DNA from: Promethearchaeota archaeon
Lineage (GTDB): Archaea > Asgardarchaeota > Heimdallarchaeia > Hodarchaeales > Hodarchaeaceae
Length of the DNA stretch: 64,000 nt
Assembly (NCBI GenBank): GCA_048938105.1
Contig: JBHLMN010000012.1
Location: forward strand, 64,001 to 128,000
Direction of reading: 5' to 3'
Shown here: one piece after another, positions 19,686-28,725 of the stretch
Numbering within the stretch: position 1 is the first letter of the stretch
How the letters are laid out: each line of letters starts with the position of its first letter
Notes under the pieces: generated by a model
Told to the model about the DNA's origin: nothing
Seen by the model: only the letters and a program-made list of their open reading frames with translations
Databases searched by the model: none
Translations under genes and position numbers: made by a program

Positions 19686-21884
19686 GTGAATCATATGCCT
19701 TTAGCTTTAAACATTGGTTATACTCCAGCACAGATAGATTTTTTTGACAGAAAATTCAATAAAATCAAAGAATATATTGATTTCGTAGATATTAAGTCCT
19801 CATTCCTAGTACAAAGAAACTCTATTGCCTCTATTGTACGAGCTTTAAGTTCCAAAAGTATTCGAGCATTTCTAGAAAGTGGTGGATTTTTTAATTTAAA
19901 TTTTGATGTGCCTAGAGATAGTAATTATATACCTGTTAATTCCACAAAATCCAAGAATAATTTCTTAGACTTTATAACTGAATTCAGTGACACACCTGCT
20001 TATTTCCAAGATAGTTGTAATAATCTAATCCTCCCAGTGATTTTAGATGGTGATAGTTCATTAAATCATCAGTACAAAAATTCTCTTTCGAATTTTATAT
20101 TAAATAATCTAAATAAAATTGATCGAATCTTCGATAAGCTCCTGATTAGATATCATTTTATAAAAAACAATTCAGAAATTGAATATTATATTAACGAGAT
20201 TGAAAGATACGAGGGGGATTATAAAAATAATATTAAGGAAAGTTTTTCTTTGTTTCTCAATATACCAGAGTGGCATCAGAAATTAGGGCAAAAAAAAACT
20301 CTACAATTATTGAGAAAACTTCGAGACACTGGTAGGAAAGTAGAAGTTTACCAAATTGCCGACTACCAGATCATAGATAATCAGGTACATTCTAATATAA
20401 CCATTGGTGAGGGGAGAATATCTTGGAGACCTTTCCTCAGTTACTTTAAAAATTCAAACATATTACTAGCAACAAAAGACGGCATTTCGTCAGTAAAAAA
20501 AAGTATGGCGCATTTAGGGGAAATTTCGATTAACAAGAAAGATAGAATTGATGGGAATTCCGTTGTTACGGGATTCTTTTTTTCTAGGGATAAAAAATCA
20601 TTCTTTCAATCGTCACCTGGTACAAAAATGGCATTAAAGTATATTAAGGACAATAAAATTAATGTAAACTCGATTCTAGATTTAGGTTGTGGAAATGGGA
20701 GGAATTCTTTTTATCTATCAAAAAATATAGATGCGAAAGCACATCTAATAGATATTGACAGAGATTTGTTAAACTATGTTAAGCTTAAATTCAAAACTTT
20801 TAATGTTAAAACTCCAGAGATAGAGGTAATAGATCTGGAAAATTTCGACCTATCACTTTTTAATACTAAATATGATATTACACTGCTTAGTTATGTGCTT
20901 CAGAATATATTTCCTGCTAATTATTTCAAATTGATGGATTTCTGTAGGATTATAACAAGAAAACTAATGATTTTCGAGATCTATGTCAATTTAAATGTTT
21001 ATCCAGAAGGAATGGTTACAAAACGAGGAGAGACTTTTTGGTATGGCTTTTCAAGCGATGAAGTCTTTAAATTATTTGAATCCTTTTTCGACGTAATAGG
21101 ATGGGATGTGAAAAAAGGAAAAGCGAATCCTTTAATGATTTCAATTGTTGGTAAACCGAGGGATACTGTAACAAATGGGGAAAGTATTTTAAGGCGGTAT
21201 AATAACATACAAACAGTTGACTATAGCTCAATAAGAAAGATTTATCCCAAGAAACAGGTTTCAACTAGAAAAAAAGTAAAAACAATTAGTTCTACAAAAA
21301 GAAAAGAGAGAATGATTGATAAAACTAACACAGATCATTGGAGGATACTATCCTCTCATTTATTGTCTACTGGATTGAGTAAAACTCAAATCAGTGTTTT
21401 GGAGTCAAAACTAGAAGAACTTGATTCATCATATAAACTAAAAGCTCCAGAAAATTTTGGTGCCTTACTTTTTTTAGTTGCTAGATTAAATCGCATTCCG
21501 ATTCATCTACAAGAGATTGTCAAGATTCTTGATGTTCGTAGGAAAGATATTCATCGTACAATGAAAGAAATTCAATATAGACATAATATCGCACGTAATC
21601 TTCCAAGTTTAGAAGCTTTTTTTGAACGATATTTTACAATTTTAAATCTAAATGAAATTTACGAAAGATCTCCTTCAGAGATCATTGAAGAAATAAAGAA
21701 TAATTATAACTGTAACCTTCTGGGATCCTTGCCTCACATATCAGCTCTAGCTATTGCAATACATCTTTTACGGTCTTCTGATAAAAGATCTAACCCTTCT
21801 CAGCTTGCTAGAAAAGTGTATATTTCCCCCTCTTCTCTTAAAAACAAACTTAGATTATTAGAAGGTATTCAGCTGGTTCAGTAA
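19686..21884 (+). CDS. Fusion: degenerate TIM-barrel + class I SAM methyltransferase + TFIIB/TFB cyclin-fold core
   Basis: ITIGEGRISW (AP-endonuclease-2-like TIM C-terminus); ILDLGCGNG, LIDID, YDITLLSYVL; C-terminal two cyclin repeats (GALLFLVARLNRIPIHLQEI...; GSLPHISALAI...SQLARKVYISPSSLKNK). Confidence 0.7.
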   Translation: MNHMPLALNIGYTPAQIDFFDRKFNKIKEYIDFVDIKSSFLVQRNSIASIVRALSSKSIRAFLESGGFFNLNFDVPRDSNYIPVNSTKSKNNFLDFITEFSDTPAYFQDSCNNLILPVILDGDSSLNHQYKNSLSNFILNNLNKIDRIFDKLLIRYHFIKNNSEIEYYINEIERYEGDYKNNIKESFSLFLNIPEWHQKLGQKKTLQLLRKLRDTGRKVEVYQIADYQIIDNQVHSNITIGEGRISWRPFLSYFKNSNILLATKDGISSVKKSMAHLGEISINKKDRIDGNSVVTGFFFSRDKKSFFQSSPGTKMALKYIKDNKINVNSILDLGCGNGRNSFYLSKNIDAKAHLIDIDRDLLNYVKLKFKTFNVKTPEIEVIDLENFDLSLFNTKYDITLLSYVLQNIFPANYFKLMDFCRIITRKLMIFEIYVNLNVYPEGMVTKRGETFWYGFSSDEVFKLFESFFDVIGWDVKKGKANPLMISIVGKPRDTVTNGESILRRYNNIQTVDYSSIRKIYPKKQVSTRKKVKTISSTKRKERMIDKTNTDHWRILSSHLLSTGLSKTQISVLESKLEELDSSYKLKAPENFGALLFLVARLNRIPIHLQEIVKILDVRRKDIHRTMKEIQYRHNIARNLPSLEAFFERYFTILNLNEIYERSPSEIIEEIKNNYNCNLLGSLPHISALAIAIHLLRSSDKRSNPSQLARKVYISPSSLKNKLRLLEGIQLVQ

Positions 21885-21889
21885 CAATT

Positions 21890-23125
21890 GTGGTAAATAT
21901 GGATCCATATGAATTTAGAAATTCTATTCCTCTTCTACGAAACAATCCAGATATCGTCTATTTAGATTCAGCTACAACTACATTAATTCCTGATACTGTA
22001 ATACAACGAATGAAAGAATTTTATGAAGAAATTGGGGTCATTCCAAATCGTGGAGCTTATGATTTAGTACTTCAATCAAATAAGACTTTAAATAAGGTAC
22101 GAAATAGTGTCTCGAATTTTTTTAATGTTGATTTTAATAGAATCGCCTTCACAACGAGTACTTCACATGGTTCTGCAACAGCGATCGCTGTTACAAACCT
22201 TACAAAGAAAGATAGAGTTTTATTTGCATCAAATTTACACAATTCGTCATTTTTAAATTGGTTTAGATTTGTACAAAAGAACTCAATAAATTTTGACTTC
22301 ATTAAATTGAATAAAGATGGTCAAGTCTTAATAGATGATTTAGAAGATAAAATTTCTCTGAAGATTCCCGGTAGAACAATAGTAGTTTTAGATCATGCAC
22401 CAATGGGTTTTGGTACGTTATTAAATTTAAATGTTGCATCAGAGGTAATACATAACACAAAAGATTCATATCTTTTTCTTGATGCTACTAGAACAGCTGG
22501 CTTAGTAGATTTAGATATATCAAGAGAAAATATTGATTATCTTGTCTGTCAAAGCCATGTGGGATTCTTTGCTCCTCCTGGAACAGGGATACTTATCGTT
22601 CCAGAGGAAGTTAATGGTGAACCATGTTATATAGGTTCAGGATCTGTAATTGACACTTCTAAAGAGTACTATCATTTATCCCCCTATCCTAATAGTGTTG
22701 AAATTGATAGTGTTAATATTGGAGGTTTAGTTGGATTAGAAGCTGGTATAAAATTGCTTAATGAAATTGGGATAAATGAAATCAGAAATCATTGTATGAA
22801 ATTAATCGAAATCTTCTGTAAAAATGTAGAAATGAGTGATGATATTCTTTTATTTGGATCATCTGATCCTTTAAGTCGGTCAAATTTACTTAGCATTAAA
22901 TTTAAAAATATAAGCTGTCATGACCTTGCCTTTTATGTTCATGAATTGGGAAAAATTTGTGTTCGATCTGGAAGTCTTTGTAGTCATCTACTTATTAGAG
23001 AAATTAATTCTAATATTAATAATGGATTTACACAATTCTCATTTAACTATTATAATACGGAGTTGGATTTAAAAAAAGCAATTGAAATTCTCAACTCAAT
23101 AAATATGAAAAAAAAAGAATTATAA
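21890..23125 (+). CDS. SufS/DndA-like cysteine desulfurase homolog, PLP-lysine substituted
   Basis: VYLDSATTT, AFT.STS, LDATR, PPGTGIL, VRSGSLCSH (Cys364). QSHVG stands in place of SGHK. Confidence 0.8.
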   Translation: MVNMDPYEFRNSIPLLRNNPDIVYLDSATTTLIPDTVIQRMKEFYEEIGVIPNRGAYDLVLQSNKTLNKVRNSVSNFFNVDFNRIAFTTSTSHGSATAIAVTNLTKKDRVLFASNLHNSSFLNWFRFVQKNSINFDFIKLNKDGQVLIDDLEDKISLKIPGRTIVVLDHAPMGFGTLLNLNVASEVIHNTKDSYLFLDATRTAGLVDLDISRENIDYLVCQSHVGFFAPPGTGILIVPEEVNGEPCYIGSGSVIDTSKEYYHLSPYPNSVEIDSVNIGGLVGLEAGIKLLNEIGINEIRNHCMKLIEIFCKNVEMSDDILLFGSSDPLSRSNLLSIKFKNISCHDLAFYVHELGKICVRSGSLCSHLLIREINSNINNGFTQFSFNYYNTELDLKKAIEILNSINMKKKEL

Positions 23126-23136
23126 TGTGAAACTCT

Positions 23137-25335
23137 TCATAATTTCATAAGGAGATTGTTAATATCAAATAATTCTTTCATTAATTCATGCTTGTTTTCT
23201 GCATAATCTGCGAAGAAAGTAATTCTTTGATTTTCAATTCTAATTATGTTTTTTGCTAGTCTTGGATGTCTTTCCATTTGATTTGAATTTGGTAGGACTA
23301 TTATATCATAGATTACAACTGGTTCTTCCTTTTTTTTGTTTTTTCTTAGTATTCTACCAGCTCTTTGAATATGTTCTAATGCGGATCCTGAGCTTGCCAT
23401 AAAGATTGCTTTTTCCAAACATGGTATGTCTACGCCTTGGTCTAGGCATTTCATTGCAATTAGTGTATTTATATCTTTATTTGCTAAATTGTTAATATAG
23501 ATTTGCCTTTCTTTGTTATCCATGTTACCATCAATCAGATTAAAACTAATTTTAAACTGTTTTTGTGAATACAATTCCATAATAACGCTTCTTACATCTC
23601 GTGTAATATGCTCTTTATCTCTACAATATATTACACATTTCTCGAACTCTTTCTTATTGATTAAGTCAAGTATGATCGATTTTAAAACTTTTCTTTTGTG
23701 CTTACATTTTTTTATTATATCTGCTCTTTGATTGAGTAATATGGTTCTATAATCCTCTCTTGCTATGCCCCTAATTTTACTTATTTGTGTTGATAAATCT
23801 TCATATTGTTTGATATCATTATCGTCAAAATAACATTTGAAAATTTTGTACTCAAATTTACAGACAACGCCAAGCTCTTGAGCATCTTTCAGCGTTAGTT
23901 CATACAGATCCCTATTTTCATTAAGAAACCAATCAAGTATTTTTAGAGTTCCTTCCTCATCAAAATGTCTTTGAGGAGTAGCACTAAGACCAATTTTATA
24001 GTCGGGGTTAAAATTTTCCATTAAAAATATTCCTGTAGGTGTTCCAAGGCTATGTGCTTCGTCGGCAATAAATAAAACCCTTGATCTCTTGCTTAATCCT
24101 TTTTTATTAATAACCTCTCTATTTAAAATCTCGGGTTTAAGCGATTTGTATGTTCCAACTATATAGCAGTGATCTTGCTCTAATAGCAGTATTTTATCTA
24201 TGTGATTCCGTAGTTCTTTCTTCCAAGTAGGGTTCTCATGGTAGCATTTGATAACATATTTCGAATATCTATTTAATTCTTTATACCATTGATCAACTAA
24301 ATATCTATCAGGAACCCCAATAATAGTTATAAGTTTTAATCCTTCTTTCTTAAGTTTTAAATATAAATTATAACTAGCAAAAATCGATGTTTTAGTTTTT
24401 CCTGTTCCTGTTGCCATTGCAAGAAATCCAATGAACTTATTCTTATCCAAGTGATCCAATGCATCTCTTTGAGGTTCCCATGGTTTATCTTTCTCGATGT
24501 TGGGTATTAATAACCCTTCAGTGAAATTCCAAGTAGAATTCTTGCTAAATTCCTCAAACAATTTGTAAAAAGAAGTGGTTTTTATGTGTTCATTAAAAAC
24601 GTGATCAAAATGAGAAAAATTTATTTTATTTAAATCTTTAGGTTTGTATTTTGAGATAATATAATCTTTTAATCCTTTGGGAAAAGAAGAAACTTTAAGA
24701 CATGAATCTTTGTTATCCCAATATAATTGAAATTTCTCAAAATCCAATTGTGCATATTTTTTTGTATCATCCCAACTTCTAAACGTTTTTATTTCTTCAC
24801 GATTTTGTGACCAAGCCATATAAGTCATGTTTGAAGAACCTGAAAACGAAATATAATCTTGACCATCACTCAAAATCCCAATCTTTTCGTGTAAAATCCT
24901 CTCGAATAATAATTCCGATATTTTTTCTTCTGTACTAAATACTGGAATTGCAAATTTGATTTCTATTCTATTATAGTACAATAACCAGGCTAATAATTTA
25001 TAATGTTCATCTAGATCAGACCTTAAATTTATTTGATTAAGAAAATCCTCCTTGAGGATCTCTTCAAAATTCTCTGCTAACTCATTTCTTGCCATTAAAA
25101 GTAAATTTAATTCCTGATTTCTTGGAACTCCAATGATGATTTTTATTTTTCCATTATTTTTTTGGATAAAATTATACAATCCGTAAAATAATGGAATAAA
25201 AATCTTTGCTGAAAAATATCCAGTAATATACCAAAATTTTTTTGATTCATTGAGTACAGGTACTAAAAATTCATCAAAAAGGTTATCCCAACCCGTTGTA
25301 TAACTAATTTTGAGTTCCAAGTCCCTTAAAGGCAA
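23137..25335 (-). CDS. pbeA: PLD nuclease + SF2 DEAD/DEAH helicase (PbeA / dnd-system restriction enzyme type)
   Basis: TGYFS, LHEKIGILSD (HxKxxxxD), SGSSN, MATGTGKT, DEAH, LSATP, QGVDIP, QRAGR. Confidence 0.75.
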   Translation of the reverse strand: MPLRDLELKISYTTGWDNLFDEFLVPVLNESKKFWYITGYFSAKIFIPLFYGLYNFIQKNNGKIKIIIGVPRNQELNLLLMARNELAENFEEILKEDFLNQINLRSDLDEHYKLLAWLLYYNRIEIKFAIPVFSTEEKISELLFERILHEKIGILSDGQDYISFSGSSNMTYMAWSQNREEIKTFRSWDDTKKYAQLDFEKFQLYWDNKDSCLKVSSFPKGLKDYIISKYKPKDLNKINFSHFDHVFNEHIKTTSFYKLFEEFSKNSTWNFTEGLLIPNIEKDKPWEPQRDALDHLDKNKFIGFLAMATGTGKTKTSIFASYNLYLKLKKEGLKLITIIGVPDRYLVDQWYKELNRYSKYVIKCYHENPTWKKELRNHIDKILLLEQDHCYIVGTYKSLKPEILNREVINKKGLSKRSRVLFIADEAHSLGTPTGIFLMENFNPDYKIGLSATPQRHFDEEGTLKILDWFLNENRDLYELTLKDAQELGVVCKFEYKIFKCYFDDNDIKQYEDLSTQISKIRGIAREDYRTILLNQRADIIKKCKHKRKVLKSIILDLINKKEFEKCVIYCRDKEHITRDVRSVIMELYSQKQFKISFNLIDGNMDNKERQIYINNLANKDINTLIAMKCLDQGVDIPCLEKAIFMASSGSALEHIQRAGRILRKNKKKEEPVVIYDIIVLPNSNQMERHPRLAKNIIRIENQRITFFADYAENKHELMKELFDINNLLMKL

Positions 25336-25370
25336 TTTAATTCTTCCTATTCAGAGAATAAGGGCATTGA

Positions 25371-25898
25371 TTATTGTTTCTCTTTAATATCATCTTTTAT
25401 TTCGTCTTCCCACTCAATAAGGTTAAAATCTTCGAGTAACTCCGAGTCTGGTGCATCAGCAAGACATATTAATTTAAAATTCCTTTCTCGTGGTAAATTC
25501 CATCCTCCCTTGAAATATTCTTCTGCAATTCGTGAGCATTCACTAAGATCCAACAAAATTTTGTGAATATAATCTCGTTTTTCTTCATTTCTCCCAATTT
25601 CATCCAACATATGACCATAAGCAATTGTTTTTAATATAAAGCCCACTTCTTCACGATCTGATAGTGATGGTACGTTAACGGAATCAGTTTTTTCACGTTT
25701 ACTCCTAGGTAATTCTTTAGGTGATCTACCATTTGCGAATGAGCGAGTAACGCCAATTATAAATCCATCTATTAACCTATTTTTGAAGGAACATTGTTGA
25801 TATCTCTTTTTTTTATCTTTAATCTCTTTTAATATGTCATTAGCCTCAATTTCTAAGTATATATTCCTGTATAAAGTCTGTTTTTCCTTTTTTGACAT
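25371..25898 (-). CDS. dnd-associated protein 4 / PbeD-like
   Basis: C-terminal RIAEEYFKGG resembles the EEYANGG motif of dnd-associated protein 4; lies directly downstream of the CxC ATPase. Confidence 0.55.
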   Translation of the reverse strand: MSKKEKQTLYRNIYLEIEANDILKEIKDKKKRYQQCSFKNRLIDGFIIGVTRSFANGRSPKELPRSKREKTDSVNVPSLSDREEVGFILKTIAYGHMLDEIGRNEEKRDYIHKILLDLSECSRIAEEYFKGGWNLPRERNFKLICLADAPDSELLEDFNLIEWEDEIKDDIKEKQ

Positions 25899-25899
25899 G

Positions 25900-27990
25900 C
25901 TATTTCCTCACTAATTTAGCATTATCATTTTTTGGATTTTCTATTTCATATTTTATTCCAATTTTTTGGTCAAAAATTGGTCTTAAATCTTCTATTTCAT
26001 TAATATCAGGTTTAGTGGCAAGTAAATTATTTTCCTTAGCAAAGAAAATAATTTGATTCCCTGAATATATTCCTGGTAATTTTTCGACAACTTGTTTTCG
26101 AGTTTCTGAGTCGATATTCCCAAAAGGAGAGTCAAAAATTAAAGGTAATTCGACATCTAGTACTTTTGCCAATGAAGATATAAAGGACATTCCTACAATA
26201 TTAGTTTGACCAGTCGATGTATTCATAATTTTTGAACCAGAACTAAAGATGGCCTCAAAAATCCATCCTTTTCCAATATCTTTTATGTTTAATGACAACC
26301 AATTTTCTGGATCTCTTACTAAAGTTTTTAATGTCTCTAAAGTTTCTTCCTCACACTTTTTTCGAATAACTTCAGCTACATTCTCTTCAATTTCAGAAAT
26401 TATTTTTAAATAAAATTCAGTTAAAGATCTACATTTTTGATAACATTCAGACTTGTCAGTAGATTTATCTGTTTCAGATACCATTTTATTATATTGTTTT
26501 TCCGCGTTTAGCTTATCATTTTTGATGTTATCAATTTCCATAAGGTAGTGCAGTTTATCTTGTTCAATTGATCCGATTAATTGATCTCCCAAAGAAATTT
26601 GATTTTCTAAATCTATAATTTCTTGATACCATTCTTCTGATTGTTCTTCAGGTGTTAATTTCGTTTTTAGTACATCAATTTTTGTTTTTATTTCAATAAC
26701 CTCTTGATTTATTTTTAGAAATTCCTTTTGATTTTCTAAAATGCTTTGTTTCCCAGTCTTAAGCAATTTTAACTTTGCTCCTAATTCTGCTTCAAATTTA
26801 ATTGCAGTTTCCCCTAAAATACTATTATCAGCCTTTTTTAGTATTTTATTTATTCTTGCCTTCATTTCAGTATTCCAAGGAGTTCCACAAACACAAGATC
26901 CATGTCTTTCTAATATTGTTTGAAGTACCTCTGATGTAAGTTTTCCAGGAATAATGTCTTTTTCTCTTTTCTCCTTAATATCCTTTAAAATCCTTTTCAT
27001 TGTTTGTTCTAAATATAGAATCGGTAAAAATTGCATCAATAACCTTTCTCGCCTCTCGATGATCTGATCCCTCCTTATTGCTTTCTCCTCTAATTTTTGA
27101 ATCAAATTATTATAGTCTCTTACGAAATCAATCTTACCTTGAACATTTTGTCTTCTGTTCCTTAATTCAGCTAATTCTGATCTTCTAATTTCTAGTTCAG
27201 TTATCTTCTCTGCTACTTTTGTTTCCAATTCTTTTTTCTTTTTTCCAAAATTTTCAATTTCCTCTTTCTTATCCTTTAATTTCTTGCCTTTGGCAGTCAC
27301 AGCTAAGTATTTATTTTGGAAGTAATTACTTGCTCTATCAAGATAAACTTGCAAAGTTTTTATTTTTGGATAATCTGAAATATCCAATGAATAATTTTTC
27401 AAATTCCCTACATTCTCAATAGATAATAAATGATTTAATCCTTCACCAAAAATGAACACGAAATCCCTCATTGATCTAGGAAAATATTTGTTAATCAAAT
27501 TTAAATATATTTCATCTGGATTTGGTACTTTTGATGCATTTTTATAGATTAACTTTCTTTCTGATTTCTTCAATTTTCCATTAGCAAACTGTATCCCTTT
27601 AGCGGTTTTCTTAAATTTTATATATCGATGTAATTCTAAAAAATTTAAGTTTCCAGAACGATCAATTTGTTCAAGTTCAATGCATCCCCCAACTTCAAAA
27701 CTGTTACCTACCTCTATTTTTCTTTTTACTACAGAGTTGGCTGCTTCTTTAATATTATGATCAGTAAAAAATTTGAGTTCCTTTAGCATTTCTTTCTCAT
27801 CAAATGATGGGAATAAAATCCAGTACATTAATTGAAATATCGAACTCTTACCAGAACCTGTATCACCAAGAAACAAAGTTACATTTTTTTCTTTATCAAC
27901 GGAAAATAACATTTCGTGTTCTCCAACAAATGGACCGAAATTAAGAATTCTCATTTTTTTGAAGGTTAAGCGAGGATTTTGAACCAACAT
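25900..27990 (-). CDS. pbeC: DndD/PbeC-like SMC-type ABC ATPase with CxC hook
   Basis: NFGPF, GDTGSGKSS, coiled coils with CVCG, STGQ signature, LIFDSPFGNID. Confidence 0.7.
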   Translation of the reverse strand: MLVQNPRLTFKKMRILNFGPFVGEHEMLFSVDKEKNVTLFLGDTGSGKSSIFQLMYWILFPSFDEKEMLKELKFFTDHNIKEAANSVVKRKIEVGNSFEVGGCIELEQIDRSGNLNFLELHRYIKFKKTAKGIQFANGKLKKSERKLIYKNASKVPNPDEIYLNLINKYFPRSMRDFVFIFGEGLNHLLSIENVGNLKNYSLDISDYPKIKTLQVYLDRASNYFQNKYLAVTAKGKKLKDKKEEIENFGKKKKELETKVAEKITELEIRRSELAELRNRRQNVQGKIDFVRDYNNLIQKLEEKAIRRDQIIERRERLLMQFLPILYLEQTMKRILKDIKEKREKDIIPGKLTSEVLQTILERHGSCVCGTPWNTEMKARINKILKKADNSILGETAIKFEAELGAKLKLLKTGKQSILENQKEFLKINQEVIEIKTKIDVLKTKLTPEEQSEEWYQEIIDLENQISLGDQLIGSIEQDKLHYLMEIDNIKNDKLNAEKQYNKMVSETDKSTDKSECYQKCRSLTEFYLKIISEIEENVAEVIRKKCEEETLETLKTLVRDPENWLSLNIKDIGKGWIFEAIFSSGSKIMNTSTGQTNIVGMSFISSLAKVLDVELPLIFDSPFGNIDSETRKQVVEKLPGIYSGNQIIFFAKENNLLATKPDINEIEDLRPIFDQKIGIKYEIENPKNDNAKLVRK

Positions 27991-27994
27991 AGCG

Positions 27995-28240
27995 TTAGCT
28001 TCCTACTCCGTGTTTGATTTTACTCATCTTTTCTATTATTTGGTTATACATATGATCGATTTTTTGTTTTTTTGCTTTATTTTCCTCATAAGGCCATTCT
28101 TTTTCAAAATAAATAAATTCAAATAGCTCATTGAAGAAATTAAATGGATCACCTATTTCTTTTTTAACATCTTCAGGAATTACTTTCTCCCAAGTTGATT
28201 TATACTCATTTAATAGAGTTTTAAAATTAATTTTCTTCAT
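27995..28240 (-). CDS. Small protein upstream of CxC ATPase (PbeB-like by position)
   Basis: 81-aa ORF preceded by GGGGAAG, ending 4 nt before the ATPase start. Confidence 0.5.
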   Translation of the reverse strand: MKKINFKTLLNEYKSTWEKVIPEDVKKEIGDPFNFFNELFEFIYFEKEWPYEENKAKKQKIDHMYNQIIEKMSKIKHGVGS

Positions 28241-28725
28241 TAAGAAGTCTTCCCCTATTTTACGTTCTTAAAAATAGTTTAGACTAAGCTCTACTATTTT
28301 TGTATTCATAATAAATAAGAATTTTACTCGTGAATATTGGATTGTCACAAGAGTAGTAATATTAAAACCTATTGATTTTTATGAATTTTTCAAACAACCT
28401 ATATACTTCTATAAACTATTTATCACATTTTAGAAGCAGCGAATTTTCATTACAATCTGTACTAAAAGCTTATTAACAAAATTAAGAAGAGAACGGACTT
28501 TTCTTAACTTTTATAATAAGGAAGTCAATTTTTTCAATAGAATGTTATATCAATGCAATTTGGTAAAGGAATCTATTGGTTATTTTCCTAGATTTTACAA
28601 TATTGAAATTCTGTCCAGTTTTTTCTTGCATCATTTTATATAAATAAAAAGGCTATAAAATTAATATTCGATTTCTTTTTCGTCGCAAAATGGCACTTTG
28701 ACGACATTCATTATAGAAGAACAGG

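Noticed and set aside
17809-23125. Assimilatory sulfate reduction / Suf Fe-S housekeeping operon
   Set aside because: No sat/cysC/sulfite reductase or sufBCD/U nearby; the context is dnd/pbe-like and the desulfurase is degenerate. Not fully excluded.
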